DNA of 64,000 bases from an uncultured Actinomycetota bacterium (GCA_963834615.1 CAWICO010000006.1:89158-153157); one strand, 5' to 3'. Shown: positions 30,350 through 42,016, counted from the stretch's first letter. Notes: generated from the letters alone by a model not told the origin. Made by a program: numbers and translations.

Positions 30350-31123
30350 GTGAGTGGTGGCGGCACTCCCCAACACGTCGGCGAGACGGTGTTGACGCCC
30401 GAGCTCAGCCCGGCCTGGTTGAAGCCGCTGGTCGACAATGTCGCCGACATGCCCGACGCCTTCCGGCGGCGGCTGCCCCCTGACGTGTTGGCGATGGTGA
30501 CCGACGCCGAGGCCACGGCGACGGCCCGCAACAGCGGGCGCGACGCGGCGGTGCTGATCTTGTTTTCGGGTCCGCCGTCCGACTCACTTCCCGATGACGC
30601 CGACCTGCTGGTGATCGTGCGGGCCGCGACGTTGCGTCATCACGCCGGCCAAGCCGCTTTTCCCGGCGGCGCATCCGATCCCGGCGATGACGGCCCGGTT
30701 GCCACTGCGCTGCGCGAGGCGCGCGAAGAGACCGGTATCGACACCACCCGACTACATCCGCTGGCCACGATGGACCGAACGTTCATCGCACCCTCGGGAT
30801 TTCACGTCGTCCCGGTGCTGGCGTACTCGCCGGATCCAGGGCAGGTGGCCGTCGTGGATCAGGCCGAGACTGCAGCGGTGGCCCGGGTTCCGGTCCGGGC
30901 CTTCGTCAATCCTGCCAACCGGTTGATGGTTTACCGCCGCACCCTCAGCCGCCGCTTCGCCGGGCCGGCATTCCTGTTGAATGAAATGTTGGTGTGGGGT
31001 TTCACCGGTCAGGTAATTTCGGCGATGCTGGATGTCGCTGGGTGGGCAAAACCGTGGGACACCAGCGATCTCCGCGAACTGGACGAAGCGATGGCGATGG
31101 TCGGCGACAAGGATGATGCCTGA
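30350..31123 (+). CDS. NUDIX CoA pyrophosphatase (Rv3672c-like)
   Basis: HAGQAAFPGG…ALREAREETG Nudix box, VWGFTG. Confidence 0.92.
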   Translation: MSGGGTPQHVGETVLTPELSPAWLKPLVDNVADMPDAFRRRLPPDVLAMVTDAEATATARNSGRDAAVLILFSGPPSDSLPDDADLLVIVRAATLRHHAGQAAFPGGASDPGDDGPVATALREAREETGIDTTRLHPLATMDRTFIAPSGFHVVPVLAYSPDPGQVAVVDQAETAAVARVPVRAFVNPANRLMVYRRTLSRRFAGPAFLLNEMLVWGFTGQVISAMLDVAGWAKPWDTSDLRELDEAMAMVGDKDDA

Positions 31124-32313
31124 TGACCTCCTCACAGTGGTTGGACATCGCCGTGTTGGCGGTTGCCTTCATCGCGGCGATCTCGGGATGGCGTTCGGGC
31201 GCGCTCGGTTCTCTGCTGTCGTTCATCGGCGTCCTACTGGGGGCGATCGCGGGCGTCCTATTGGCCCCACACCTCGTCGCGCACGTCGCGGCACCCCGCG
31301 CCAAACTTTTCGCCGCATTGTTCTTGATCCTCGCGCTGGTCGTGGTCGGCGAAGTCGCCGGTGTGGTGCTGGGCCGCGCGGTTCGCGGCGCGATCCACAG
31401 CAACTCGGTCCGATTCTTCGATTCGCTGGTCGGGGTGGCGGTGCAACTGGTTGTGGTGCTCACGGCGGCATGGCTGCTGGCGACTCCGCTGACGTCATCG
31501 GCCGGTCAGCCGAGTTTGGCTGCCGCAGTACGTGGTTCGCGGGTATTGGCGCAAGTCAACGATTACGCGCCGGAGTGGCTCAAGACGGTGCCTAAGCGGT
31601 TGTCGGCGCTGCTGGACACTTCGGGTCTGCCTGCGGTGCTGGAGCCGTTCAGTCGTACGCCGGTGGTGGCGGTCGCGGCGCCCGACTCGGCGTTGTCCAA
31701 CAATCCGGTGGTCGCCAACACCGAACCGAGCGTCGTGAAGATCCGTGCGATCGCGCCCAGCTGTCAGAAAGTGTTGGAGGGCAGCGGATTTGTGCTGTCG
31801 CCGGACCGGGTGATGACCAACGCCCACGTGGTGGCAGGTGCGAACAGTGTCACCGTCGAGGCCAGTGGTAATCCCTTCGATGCCACCGTGGTGTCCTACG
31901 ACCCGACCGTCGATATCGCGATTCTCGCGGTGCCGCACCTGCCCCCCGGACCGTTGGCCTTCGCCAGCGCGCCGGTCACGTCGGGCACCGAAGCGATCGT
32001 GATGGGCTACCCGGGCGGTGGCGGTTTCATGGCGACGCCAGCCAGAATCCGCGAGCTCATCGAACTCAACGGACCCGACATTTACCGGAATGCGACGATC
32101 AACCGTGAGGTCTACACGGTCAGATCCAATGTGGAGCAAGGGAATTCGGGTGGTCCGCTGATCGACCTCAACGGCCAGGTGATCGGTGTGGTCTTCGGTG
32201 CGGCCGTCGACGACACCGACACCGGCTTCGTGCTCACCGCCAAAGAGGTAGCCGCGCAACTCGCCCACATCGGCGACACGACGGCGGTCCCCACTGGCGC
32301 GTGTGTCAGCTGA
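31123..32313 (+). CDS. marP: Acid-resistance membrane serine protease
   Basis: 4 TM plus trypsin-like domain (TNAHVV, D, GNSGGP). Confidence 0.93.
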   Translation: MTSSQWLDIAVLAVAFIAAISGWRSGALGSLLSFIGVLLGAIAGVLLAPHLVAHVAAPRAKLFAALFLILALVVVGEVAGVVLGRAVRGAIHSNSVRFFDSLVGVAVQLVVVLTAAWLLATPLTSSAGQPSLAAAVRGSRVLAQVNDYAPEWLKTVPKRLSALLDTSGLPAVLEPFSRTPVVAVAAPDSALSNNPVVANTEPSVVKIRAIAPSCQKVLEGSGFVLSPDRVMTNAHVVAGANSVTVEASGNPFDATVVSYDPTVDIAILAVPHLPPGPLAFASAPVTSGTEAIVMGYPGGGGFMATPARIRELIELNGPDIYRNATINREVYTVRSNVEQGNSGGPLIDLNGQVIGVVFGAAVDDTDTGFVLTAKEVAAQLAHIGDTTAVPTGACVS

Positions 32314-33271
32314 GTGGAGAGCGGTAAACCCTGTCGAGGAACCGCGACAGGTGGCCGTTGACTTCGTCTGGCTTCTCTTCGTGACTGAAATGCCCTGCCC
32401 CAGCTATTGATACGTAGCGGCCGTGTGGCGCGTAACGCTGTGTTCGTTCCACCGGATCGTCCAGTACGTACGGGTCGGCGTCACCGTGGATGTGCAGCAT
32501 CGGGATACCGAATGGCCGGTTCATCGAGCGCATGAAGCGCCGGCCTTCTTCGCGCAACTGACTGCGCACCGCCCAACGCTGATATTCCAGCGCGCTGTGT
32601 GCCGCTGACCGGATCTGGACGGCCTGCCGCAGATGTCCGATGGTCTCGGAAAAGTCTTCGGAGGCAACCCATTTAGCACTGGCGCGGCTGCGCACCAAAC
32701 GTTCGATTTCGCCGCCGTTGTGCCGGGTCAGCATGCGTTCGGGCCAAATCGGCGCCTGGTAACGCAGTAGCGAGGGCAGCAGCGCACGCCGTTGATCGCG
32801 ACGGGTCAGCACCGACCGGCGCAAAGCGGCCGGATGCGGCGAGCTCACTACTGCGATGGCACGCACCAGGCGTGAGTGCAGCACCGAGGTCGCCCAGCAC
32901 ACCAGTCCGCCGTCCGCGTGGCCGACCAGCGTTGCCGACGTGTGCCCCAGCGCCCGGATCAGCCCCGCGGTGTCCCCGGCCAACGTCCAGCCGTCATAGC
33001 CGCGCGGGGGTTTGTCGCTGCCGCCATAGCCGCGCAGATCCACCGCGACAACGCGGGCTCCTGTCAAACCGCGCAGCTGGTGACGCCATGACCACCAGAA
33101 CGAGCCGAAGCCGTGCAGCATGATCACCAGCGGCTGCGCTGTCGACGGGGTGGATGCGACCCCCTCGGCGGGTGTCGCTTCGACGACGTGGAAGCGAATG
33201 CCGTTGGCGTGCACGTCCAGATGCGTCCACGGCCCGTCGATGCGGGTTACCGACGGATCTGGTGGCGACAT
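32306..33271 (-). CDS. ephE: Alpha/beta hydrolase (epoxide hydrolase family)
   Basis: LHGF, DLRGYGGSD, GHADGG, GAGHF. Confidence 0.85.
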   Translation of the reverse strand: MSPPDPSVTRIDGPWTHLDVHANGIRFHVVEATPAEGVASTPSTAQPLVIMLHGFGSFWWSWRHQLRGLTGARVVAVDLRGYGGSDKPPRGYDGWTLAGDTAGLIRALGHTSATLVGHADGGLVCWATSVLHSRLVRAIAVVSSPHPAALRRSVLTRRDQRRALLPSLLRYQAPIWPERMLTRHNGGEIERLVRSRASAKWVASEDFSETIGHLRQAVQIRSAAHSALEYQRWAVRSQLREEGRRFMRSMNRPFGIPMLHIHGDADPYVLDDPVERTQRYAPHGRYVSIAGAGHFSHEEKPDEVNGHLSRFLDRVYRSPLS

Positions 33272-33802
33272 TCACCAACCCGAAGGATCGGTGGGCGTCC
33301 CGCCCGGCGGCGACTCGAGCGCCGGCGCCGATGGCTTGTCATGGCCCGGTGTGAACGCCGAACGCGTCTCCTTGACCGATTCGATGGTCTGCTGCGGCCC
33401 GCGGATACGGCGGACTTTCAGATAGCCGAACAGGGCCAGCAGCGCAGTGACCACCACCATGATCCCGAACACGATCAGGAACGCCGCCCAGCGCCACAGC
33501 CAGGTGTCGAGCAGTTCGGCCAGGAAGAAGAAGAAAAAGAAGGTCGAATAGAACAGCACCACCAGCGCCGCGATGAAGAACACGCTGCCGGTGAGGCCCT
33601 TCTTGACGTCGCGGGTGATCTCCGCGCGGGCCAGTTCGACCTCCGCTCGCACCAACGTCGACATCTGCGACGTGGCGTCCTTGACCAGCGCGCCGATCGA
33701 GGGTTCGGCGGACAGCGCGTGCGGGTCGGTCAACGGGATCGAGGTCAGCGTGCCGGGAACCTCGTCCTTGCGGTCGGCGCTCTTTCGATCTGACTTGCTC
33801 AC
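33272..33802 (-). CDS. Holin-like (Actinobacterial holin-X) membrane protein (Rv3669-like)
   Basis: SIGALVKDATSQMSTLVRAEVELARAE plus 2 TM. Confidence 0.85.
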   Translation of the reverse strand: MSKSDRKSADRKDEVPGTLTSIPLTDPHALSAEPSIGALVKDATSQMSTLVRAEVELARAEITRDVKKGLTGSVFFIAALVVLFYSTFFFFFFLAELLDTWLWRWAAFLIVFGIMVVVTALLALFGYLKVRRIRGPQQTIESVKETRSAFTPGHDKPSAPALESPPGGTPTDPSGW

Positions 33803-34023
33803 AGACGGTCCTCCACGTTTCCTGCCCAGTCGTCGCGGTTCATGTTGCCATGCAGTCCGAAGTCAGACGAGGCCAACTCGACACCACGCCCGGCGACGGT
33901 GCGCTCCGGGGAGAGACAGGCCGACGCACGAGCGGTTTGAGGATCGACGCCAGAGGCGACGGGTCAGGCTAGACTGGCGCCGCCATTTTGGTGTGCGTTG
34001 ATTTTGCCGACAGGGGTACCGCT

Positions 34024-34722
34024 TTGCCGACCAAGCGCCGCCGGTTCATCCTCGTCGCAGCGGCCATGGTCATGACAGCGACAGCGACAGCGAGCGTGCC
34101 CGCGGGAGCCGACGATCGGGTGCCGCTCGGCGGCGGTGCCGGGATCGTCGTCAACGGCGACACCCTGTGCACGCTGACCACGATCGGCACCGATCCCAAA
34201 GGCGAGCTGATGGGCCTCACCTCCGCGCACTGCGGCGGCCCGGGCGCGCAGGTGGCGTCCGAGGAGGCGAAAGCCCGCGGGGTGCTGGGCACTATGGTGT
34301 CGGGCAACGACGGACTCGATTACGCGGTCATCCAGTTCGATCGGGCCAAGGTCGCACCGGTCGCCAGTGTCGCCGGTTTCGTGATCAACGGCATCGGACC
34401 AGATCCGGCTTTCGGTCAGATCGCGTGCAAGCAGGGCCGCACCACCGGCAATTCCTGCGGCGTCACCTGGGGGCCGGGCCAGGACCCGGGCACCATCCTC
34501 ATGCAGGTGTGCGGGCAGCCGGGCGACTCGGGTGGCCCAGTGACCGTCGACAATCAATTGGTCGGGATGATTCACGGCGCCTTCAGTGAGAACTTGCCGG
34601 TCTGCGTCACCAAATACATTCCACTGCACACTCCGGCCGTGGTGCAGTCGATCAACGCGATCCTGGCCGACCTGAATAGCAAGGGCCGCCCCGGCGCCGG
34701 GTTCGTGCCCGTCCCTGTCTGA
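34024..34722 (+). CDS. Secreted S1-type serine protease (Rv3668c-like)
   Basis: TSAHC, DYAVI, GDSGGP; signal peptide. Confidence 0.9.
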   Translation: MPTKRRRFILVAAAMVMTATATASVPAGADDRVPLGGGAGIVVNGDTLCTLTTIGTDPKGELMGLTSAHCGGPGAQVASEEAKARGVLGTMVSGNDGLDYAVIQFDRAKVAPVASVAGFVINGIGPDPAFGQIACKQGRTTGNSCGVTWGPGQDPGTILMQVCGQPGDSGGPVTVDNQLVGMIHGAFSENLPVCVTKYIPLHTPAVVQSINAILADLNSKGRPGAGFVPVPV

Positions 34723-34752
34723 CGGCTACGTTCCTGCCTGCTTGCCGCCTCG

Positions 34753-34835
34753 CGGCTGGGAGGGTACCCCCACTCATTGCGCGTCGCGTCCCCCTCGCCG
34801 CTGGGCGGCTGGAGGCACCCCCACTGCATCGTCAC
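34753..34835 (-). repeat. Two MIRU-like units (53-nt period) after the acs stop
   Basis: cggctgg(g)agg…acccccact twice; ATGA overlap with acs TGA. Confidence 0.7.
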
Positions 34836-36784
34836 TGGGCGGAGCGGATCGCGTCGAAGACGCCGGGGTCGAGCAGCGTCGAGGTGTCTCCTAGATCCCG
34901 CTTTTCGGCGATGTCGCGCAACAGGCGTCGCATGATCTTGCCGCTGCGGGTCTTCGGCAATTCGGGAACCACATGCAGTTCACGGGGCCGCGCGATCGGC
35001 GAGATGACCCGGGCCACTTCGGCGCGCAGCTCGTCGATGATCTCCGCACCCGTCGTCTCGGCGTGATCGGCCTGCAGGACAACGAAGGCGCAGATCGCCT
35101 GACCGGTGGTGTCGTCGGTGGCGCCCACCACCGCGGCCTCGGCCACCCCTGAGTGGCCGACCAACGCCGACTCCACCTCCGCGGTGGAGATGCGATGCCC
35201 GGAAACGTTCATCACGTCGTCGATGCGGCCCAAGATCCAGATCGCGCCGTCGGAGTCGTAGCGAGCGCCGTCACCGGCGAAATACCAACCCTGCTCGGCG
35301 AACTTCGACCAGTACGTCTCACGGAAGCGGTCCGGATCACCCCAGATGCCGCGCAGCATCGACGGCCAGGGTTGGTCGAGCACGAGGTAGCCGCTGGTGT
35401 GCTCGCCTTCGTCGGACGACGGCGGCGCCAGATGGTTGCCGTCGTCGTCGACAATCTTCGCCGAGATACCTGGCAGCGGCGCCATCGCCGAGCCCGGCTT
35501 GGTCGCCGCGACGCCGGGCAGCGGTGAGATCATCGCGGCCCCGGTTTCGGTTTGCCACCAGGTGTCGACGATCGGAATGCTGTCGCCGCCGATGACCTTG
35601 CGGTACCAGAGCCAGGCCTGCGGGTTGATCGGCTCGCCGACCGTGCCCAGCAGCCGCAGGCTGGACAGGTCATGGGCGTCCGGAATGTCGCGACCCCACT
35701 TCATGAATGTTCGGACCATCGTCGGCGCCGTGTAATAGATTGTCGCCCGGTACTTTTCGATGATCTGGAAATGCCGGTGCTGGTCAGGGGTGTCTGGCGT
35801 GCCTTCGTAGATGATCTGGGTGACGCCGTTGGACAGCGGCCCGTACACGCCGTAGGTGTGCCCGGTGACCCAGCCGATGTCGGCGGTGCACCAGAACACA
35901 TCGGTGTCCGGCTTGATGTCGAAGATGTTGTGGTGGGTGTAGGACGCCTGGGTGAGGTAGCCGCCACTGGTGTGCACGATGCCTTTGGGCTTGCCGGTGG
36001 TGCCCGAGGTGTACAGCAGGAACAGCGGATGCTCGGCGTCGAACGCCTCGGCCCGGTGTTCTGCCGACGCGGCGCCGACGACGTCGTGCCACCACACGTC
36101 GCGGCCCTCGGTCCACGGCACGTCGGCGCCGGTGCGCTTGACCACCAGCACGTGCTCGATCGTGTCGGCGTCGGCGACCGCTTGGTCGGCGGCTTCTTTC
36201 AGCGGCGCTGGCTTGCCGCGGCGGAACTGCCCATCGGCGGTGATCAGCAGCTTGGCCTCGGCGTCGGCGATCCGGGCGCCCAGCGCGGTCGCGGTGAAGC
36301 CGGCGAAGACCACGCTGTGCATCACGCCAAGTCGTGCGCAGGCCAGCATCGCGACGATGGCCTCCGGGATCATCGGCAGGTAGATCGCGACGCGGTCACC
36401 GGCGACCAACCCCAGATCCGTCAACGCGTTGGCGGCTTTGCTCACCTCGGCCTGCAGATCGCTGTAGCTGAGGGTGCGCTCGTCGCCGACCCGCTCGCCC
36501 TCCCAGTGGATGGCCACCCGATCGCCGTTGCCGGCCTCGACGTGGCGGTCCACGCAGTTGTAGGTGACGTTGAGCTTGCCGCCAGTGAACCATTTGGCAA
36601 ACGGCGCGTCCGACCAGTCCAGCACCTGGGAAAACGGTGTCTCCCAACACAGTCGGTTGGCCTGGGCGGCCCAGAACGCCTCCCGGTCTTGCTCGGCATC
36701 TTGGTACAAGTCGTCACCTGCGTTGGCCTGCGCGGCGAACTCGTCGTGCGGCGGATAGGACGACGGTGCGTGCGTCTCGGTCAC
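34832..36784 (-). CDS. acs: Acetyl-CoA synthetase
   Basis: YTSGTTGKPKG, DTWWQTETG, LPKTRSGKIMRR. Confidence 0.97.
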   Translation of the reverse strand: MTETHAPSSYPPHDEFAAQANAGDDLYQDAEQDREAFWAAQANRLCWETPFSQVLDWSDAPFAKWFTGGKLNVTYNCVDRHVEAGNGDRVAIHWEGERVGDERTLSYSDLQAEVSKAANALTDLGLVAGDRVAIYLPMIPEAIVAMLACARLGVMHSVVFAGFTATALGARIADAEAKLLITADGQFRRGKPAPLKEAADQAVADADTIEHVLVVKRTGADVPWTEGRDVWWHDVVGAASAEHRAEAFDAEHPLFLLYTSGTTGKPKGIVHTSGGYLTQASYTHHNIFDIKPDTDVFWCTADIGWVTGHTYGVYGPLSNGVTQIIYEGTPDTPDQHRHFQIIEKYRATIYYTAPTMVRTFMKWGRDIPDAHDLSSLRLLGTVGEPINPQAWLWYRKVIGGDSIPIVDTWWQTETGAAMISPLPGVAATKPGSAMAPLPGISAKIVDDDGNHLAPPSSDEGEHTSGYLVLDQPWPSMLRGIWGDPDRFRETYWSKFAEQGWYFAGDGARYDSDGAIWILGRIDDVMNVSGHRISTAEVESALVGHSGVAEAAVVGATDDTTGQAICAFVVLQADHAETTGAEIIDELRAEVARVISPIARPRELHVVPELPKTRSGKIMRRLLRDIAEKRDLGDTSTLLDPGVFDAIRSAQ

Positions 36785-36930
36785 GCGCACGAGCCTAGTC
36801 CGGCGACGATACAGCGACGTGGCCGTTGTGGACCCGGACAATGGAGCCGGGCAGGTTGAGTTAACTTTTGAGCGGCTGCAGGCGATAGAGCCGCGCCAGG
36901 ATGTGTACTGCGGGCCGGAGGAGGGACGAC

Positions 36931-38538
36931 GTGCGTCGGATCGCGGCCCTGGTGTGGTGCGTCGTGCTGGCAATCGCGTCGTTGGCCGGCTGCGGAGCGG
37001 GCAACGTTCGCACCGACGTCGTGATCGTCAACGCGGGCGAGCCGCAGAACCCGCTGATCCCGACGAACACCAACGACTCCAACGGCGGCCGGATCGTCGA
37101 CCGACTGTTCGCCGGTCTGATGTCCTACGACGTCAACGGCGCGCCGACGCTCGAGGTCGCTGAGTCGATCGAGAACACGGACGATATCAACTACCGGATC
37201 AGACTGAAGCCCGGCTGGACGTTCAGCGACGGCACGCCGGTGACCGCGCACTCCTTCGTCGACGCCTGGAATTACGGCGCGCTGGCCGCCAATGCTCAAC
37301 TGCAACAAAGCTTCTTCGGCCCGATCGCCGGCTTCAGCGAGGTCGCAGCGGCCAAGCCCACGGCGACGTCGATGTCGGGACTTCGGGTGGTCAACGACCG
37401 GGAGTTCAACGTACGGCTCAACAATCCCGTTGTCGATTTCACACTGCGACTGGGCTTTTCGCCGTTCTACCCACTGCCTGCCGCGGCGTTCAAAGATATG
37501 GCTGGTTATGGTCAACACCCGATCGGCAACGGCCCCTACCAGCTCGCGGACGAGCGACGCATCCCCGCCTGGCAGCACAACGTCAAACTCGACCTGGTGA
37601 CCAACCCCGGCTATCGCGGCAATCGGAAGTCGCAGAACAAGGGCCTGCGGTTCGTCTTCTACGCCAATCTGGATACCGCCTACGCGGACTTACTGTCCAG
37701 CAATCTCGATGTGCTGGACACGATTCCGCCCAGCGTGCTCACCGTCTACCGCCGAGACCTCGGCGACCGCGCAGTCACCGCGCCCGCCGCCGTCAATCAG
37801 ACGCTGGATACGCCGCTACGGCTGCCGCACTTCGCCGGCGAGGAAGGCCGGCTACGCCGATCGGCGCTGTCCGCCGCCATCAACAGACCGCAGATCTGCC
37901 AGAAGATCTTCTCCGGCGCACGCGCACCGGCCCGCGATTTCACTGCCAGCTCACTACCCGGATATGACGCCGACATCGACGGCACCAATGCGCTGAACTT
38001 CGACCCAGACCGCGCGCGGCGGCTCTGGTCCCAGGCCGATGCCATCGCGAAATGGGCTGGGCAGTATGCGATTGCCTACAACGCTGACGGGTCGCATCAG
38101 GAGTGGGTCGACGCGGTGGCCAACAGCATCAAGAACACTCTCGGTATCGACGCCGTCGGCGTGCCGCAGCCAACCTTCGCCGGCTTCCGGACCCAGATCA
38201 CCACTCGCACAATCGACACCGCATTCCGGGCCGGATGGCAGGGTGACTTCCCCTCGCTGCTGGAGTTCCTGGCGCCGCTGTTCGGCACCGGCGCGAGCGC
38301 CAACGACGTGGGCTACTCGAACCCGCGGTTCGACGCCGCGATCGCCACCGCCGAGGCCGCGCCCGACTTGCCGCAATCATTTACCCTCGGCAATGACGCG
38401 CAGCGAATCTTATTGGTGGACATGCCCGTTGTGCCGCTCTGGTACACCGTCGCCGTGGCCGGCCACTCACCGGCCGTCGGTCATGTCAAGCTGACCTGGA
38501 ACGGACTGCCCGACTACGAACACATCGTGAAGGCCTGA
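36931..38538 (+). CDS. dppA: Dipeptide ABC transporter lipoprotein
   Basis: Lipobox LAGC; family 5 solute-binding features; GGAGGAGG RBS. Confidence 0.93.
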   Translation: MRRIAALVWCVVLAIASLAGCGAGNVRTDVVIVNAGEPQNPLIPTNTNDSNGGRIVDRLFAGLMSYDVNGAPTLEVAESIENTDDINYRIRLKPGWTFSDGTPVTAHSFVDAWNYGALAANAQLQQSFFGPIAGFSEVAAAKPTATSMSGLRVVNDREFNVRLNNPVVDFTLRLGFSPFYPLPAAAFKDMAGYGQHPIGNGPYQLADERRIPAWQHNVKLDLVTNPGYRGNRKSQNKGLRFVFYANLDTAYADLLSSNLDVLDTIPPSVLTVYRRDLGDRAVTAPAAVNQTLDTPLRLPHFAGEEGRLRRSALSAAINRPQICQKIFSGARAPARDFTASSLPGYDADIDGTNALNFDPDRARRLWSQADAIAKWAGQYAIAYNADGSHQEWVDAVANSIKNTLGIDAVGVPQPTFAGFRTQITTRTIDTAFRAGWQGDFPSLLEFLAPLFGTGASANDVGYSNPRFDAAIATAEAAPDLPQSFTLGNDAQRILLVDMPVVPLWYTVAVAGHSPAVGHVKLTWNGLPDYEHIVKA

Positions 38539-38539
38539 C

Positions 38540-39466
38540 ATGGGGTGGTACATCGCCCGACGTGTCGCGGCAATGATCCCGGTGTTCGTCGGAGCGACGC
38601 TGCTGATCTACGGCATGGTCTTCCTGTTGCCCGGCGACCCGATCGCGGCACTGGGTGGCGACCGCCCCTTGAGTCCGGCGGTGGCCGCGCAATTGCGTGC
38701 CCAGTACCACCTGAACGACCCGTTTTGGCTGCAGTATCTGCACTATCTCGGCGGCATCCTGCACGGTGACCTCGGCCATGCCTACTCCGGTCTGCCTGTC
38801 AGCACCGTTCTGGCACAGGCATTTCCGGTCACTTTCAGACTGGCGATGATCGCGCTGGCGGTGGAGGCGTTGTTCGGAATCGGATTCGGGGTGATCGCCG
38901 GTCTGCGGCAAGGCGGCGTTTTCGACGGCGCAGTGCTGATCGCCAGCCTGATCATCATCGCGGTCCCGATCTTCGTGCTGGGTTTCCTCGCACAATTCAT
39001 CTTCGGGGTCCGGCTTGGTATCGCCGCGGTGACGGTCGGCGATCAGCCGACTTTCGCCCGGCTGCTGTTGCCCGGAATCGTATTGGGCGCGGTGTCATTC
39101 GCCTACGTGGTGCGGTTGACCCGCTCCGCGGTCGCCGATAATGCGCACGCCGACTATGTGCGGACTGCGACCGCCAAGGGCTTGTCGCGGCGCCGCGTGG
39201 TGACGGTGCACATCCTGCGTAATTCGCTGATCCCGGTGGTGACCTTCCTCGGTGCGGATCTGGGTGCGCTGCTGGGTGGGGCGATCGTCACAGAAGGGAT
39301 CTTCAACATCCACGGCGTCGGTGGCGTGCTCTATCAAGCTGTCACCAGACAGGAGGCGCCGACCGTGGTGTCCATCGTGACCGTGCTCGTCATCGTCTAC
39401 CTGGTGACCAACCTCGCCGTGGATCTGCTGTACGCCGCGCTCGATCCGAGGATTCGCTATGGCTGA
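38540..39466 (+). CDS. dppB: Dipeptide ABC permease
   Basis: PGDP, YVRTATAKGL EAA loop. Confidence 0.95.
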   Translation: MGWYIARRVAAMIPVFVGATLLIYGMVFLLPGDPIAALGGDRPLSPAVAAQLRAQYHLNDPFWLQYLHYLGGILHGDLGHAYSGLPVSTVLAQAFPVTFRLAMIALAVEALFGIGFGVIAGLRQGGVFDGAVLIASLIIIAVPIFVLGFLAQFIFGVRLGIAAVTVGDQPTFARLLLPGIVLGAVSFAYVVRLTRSAVADNAHADYVRTATAKGLSRRRVVTVHILRNSLIPVVTFLGADLGALLGGAIVTEGIFNIHGVGGVLYQAVTRQEAPTVVSIVTVLVIVYLVTNLAVDLLYAALDPRIRYG

Positions 39467-40320
39467 CGCCGACTGCCGGTGGCGGACTCCTGCGCGAGAC
39501 GTGGCGAGGGTTGCGCCGCCGCCCGAAGTTCATCATCGCCGCCGTACTGATCGGCTTCGTCCTGGTCGTCGCCGCGTTTCCGGGGTTGTTCACCGCCGCC
39601 GACCCCGGTTACGCCGATCCAAATGAGAGCTTGCTGGCACCGTCGGCCGCCCACTGGTTCGGCACTGATCTGCAAGGCCACGACATCTACGCCCGCACTG
39701 TTTACGGCGCCCGCGCCTCGATCACCGTCGGTCTGGGTGCCACCCTGGCGGTGTTCGTCGTCGGCGGTGCACTCGGTGCGCTGGCTGGCTTCTACGGCGG
39801 CTGGCTCGACGCGGTGATTTCCCGGGTCGCCGATGTGTTCTTCGCGATTCCGTTACTGCTGGCGGCGATCGTGCTGATGCAGGTCATGCATCACCGCACG
39901 GTGTGGACGGTGATCGCAATCCTCGCGTTATTCGGGTGGCCGCAGGTGGCCCGGATCGCGCGCGGCGGCGTGCTGACGGTCCGCGGTAGCGATTACGTGC
40001 TGGCCGCGAAAGCTTTGGGGCTGAGCAGGTTCGGGATACTGGTGCGTCACGCGGTGCCCAACGCCATCGGTCCGGTGATCGCGGTATCCACCATCGCGCT
40101 CGGGCTGTTCATCGTCACCGAGGCCACGCTGTCTTATCTCGGGGTCGGGCTGCCGCCGACGGTGGTGTCGTGGGGCGGAGACATCAATGTCGACCAGATC
40201 CGGCTACGCGCCGGCTCACCCATCCTGTTCTATCCCGCTGGGGCGCTGGCGATCACGGTGCTGGCTTTCATGATCATGGGCGACGTCCTGCGCGACGCAC
40301 TGGACCTGCGTCAGCGGTGA
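39459..40320 (+). CDS. dppC: Dipeptide ABC permease; apparent frameshift in first ~15 codons
   Basis: HWFGTDLQGHD, YVLAAKALG. Confidence 0.88.
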
Positions 40321-40329
40321 GCGGCGCAG

Positions 40330-41976
40330 ATGAGCGCACCCGGATGTTCCGCTGCTGAGCGTCACCGGCCTGGAAGTCAGATTCGGCGACGACATCCGGC
40401 GGTGCGCGGGTCGACCTTGCCGTGCGCGCCGGTCAGACCGTGGCGATCGTCGGCGAATCGGGATCGGGGAAGTCCACCACCGCCGCGGCGATCCTGGGAC
40501 TGCTGCCGCCTGGTGGACGAATCACCGCCGGCCGCATCATCTTCGACGGTATCGACCTCACCGCCGCCGACCGTCGCCGGCTGCGCTCCATCCGCGGCTC
40601 GGGCATCGGCTACGTGCCGCAGGACCCGATGGCCAACCTCAACCCGGTATGGAGGGTGGGCTTTCAGGTGCGAGAAGCATTGCGTGCCAACAACATCGAC
40701 CGACAGCCGGCCCAACTGCTAGCCGATGCAGGTATGCCCGATCCGACGCTGCGGGCCAGACAGTACCCCCACCAGCTGTCCGGCGGGATGTGCCAGCGCG
40801 CCCTGATCGCAATCGGGCTGGCCGGCCGGCCACAGCTACTGATCGCCGACGAGCCGACCTCGGCGCTGGACGTCACGGTGCAGCGCCAGGTGCTCGATCA
40901 CCTGCAGCAGCTCACCGGCGAACTGGGCACCGCCGTGCTGCTGATCACCCACGATCTCGCGCTGGCCGCTGAACGGGCCGAGCAACTGGTCGTTATGCAC
41001 CGAAGGCTCAGTCGTGGAAACCGGTGCCGGCACAGTCTGATTCTGCGTAATCCACAGCATCCCTACACTCGACGCCTGGTAGCAGCGGCGCCGTCGCTGC
41101 GGAACGTCACGACCGCCGCGCGCACGCGAAGGCAGGTCAAGCGGCGGCGGCCACCCGTGCCGGGCGCGACGCGGCGCAGGACGTGATCGTGGCGTCCGAA
41201 CTGACCAAGGTCTATCGGGCCTCGCGCGGCGTGCCGTGGCGGAAGGTGGACCTGCACGCCGTCGACAACGTGTCGTTCCGGTTGCGACGGGCGACCACCC
41301 TGGCCATCGCGGGGGAGTCGGGCTCCGGCAAGTCGACATTGGCCCGGATGGTCCTCGGTCTGCTGCAACCCAGCTCGGGCACAGTGATTTTCGACGGCCA
41401 GGATGTTTCCGACACCGCCTCGATGAGCCGCGGCGAGACGCTGGCATTCCGTCGACGGAGTGCAGCCGGTGTTTCAAAACCCTTACGGCAGCTTGGATCC
41501 GATGTACTCGGTGCTGCACACCATCGAAGAACCGCTGCGAATACATCGGATCGGTGATCGTCGGCAGCGCCAGCAGGCCGTGCGCGAGCTCGCCGACCAG
41601 GTCGCATTGCCCTCGTCGCTGCTGCAGCCGCCGCCCTCGAGAACTGTCCGGTGGTCAACGGCAGCGGGTGGCCATCGCCCGAGCACTGGCGCTGCGACCG
41701 GAGGTGCTGGTGTGCGACGAGGCGGTCTCGGCGCTCGACGTCGTCGTGCAGGCGCAGATCCTGGACTTGCTTGCCGAACTGCAAGCGGAACTGGGCCTGA
41801 CGTATCTGTTCATCAGCCACGATCTGGCGGTGATACGGCAGATCGCCGACGAGGTCATGGTGATGCGCGCGGGCCGGGTCGTCGAACGCGGAGCAACGAA
41901 AGCCCTGTTCACCCGACCGAGCCACGAGTACACCCGGCAACTACTGGCCGCGATTCCGGGGGCTGGCGCTGGCTAA
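40330..41976 (+). pseudogene. dppD: Fused double ABC ATPase; at least four apparent frameshifts
   Basis: Two GESGSGKS Walker A motifs, LSGG and DE motifs across frames. Confidence 0.88.
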
Positions 41977-42016
41977 GCTGCAGATCGTGACGTGCGCCGC
42001 CACGAATTGACAGTGA

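Noticed and set aside
33272-33802. Holin as prophage evidence
   Set aside because: Core syntenic gene (Rv3669-like) with no phage neighbours
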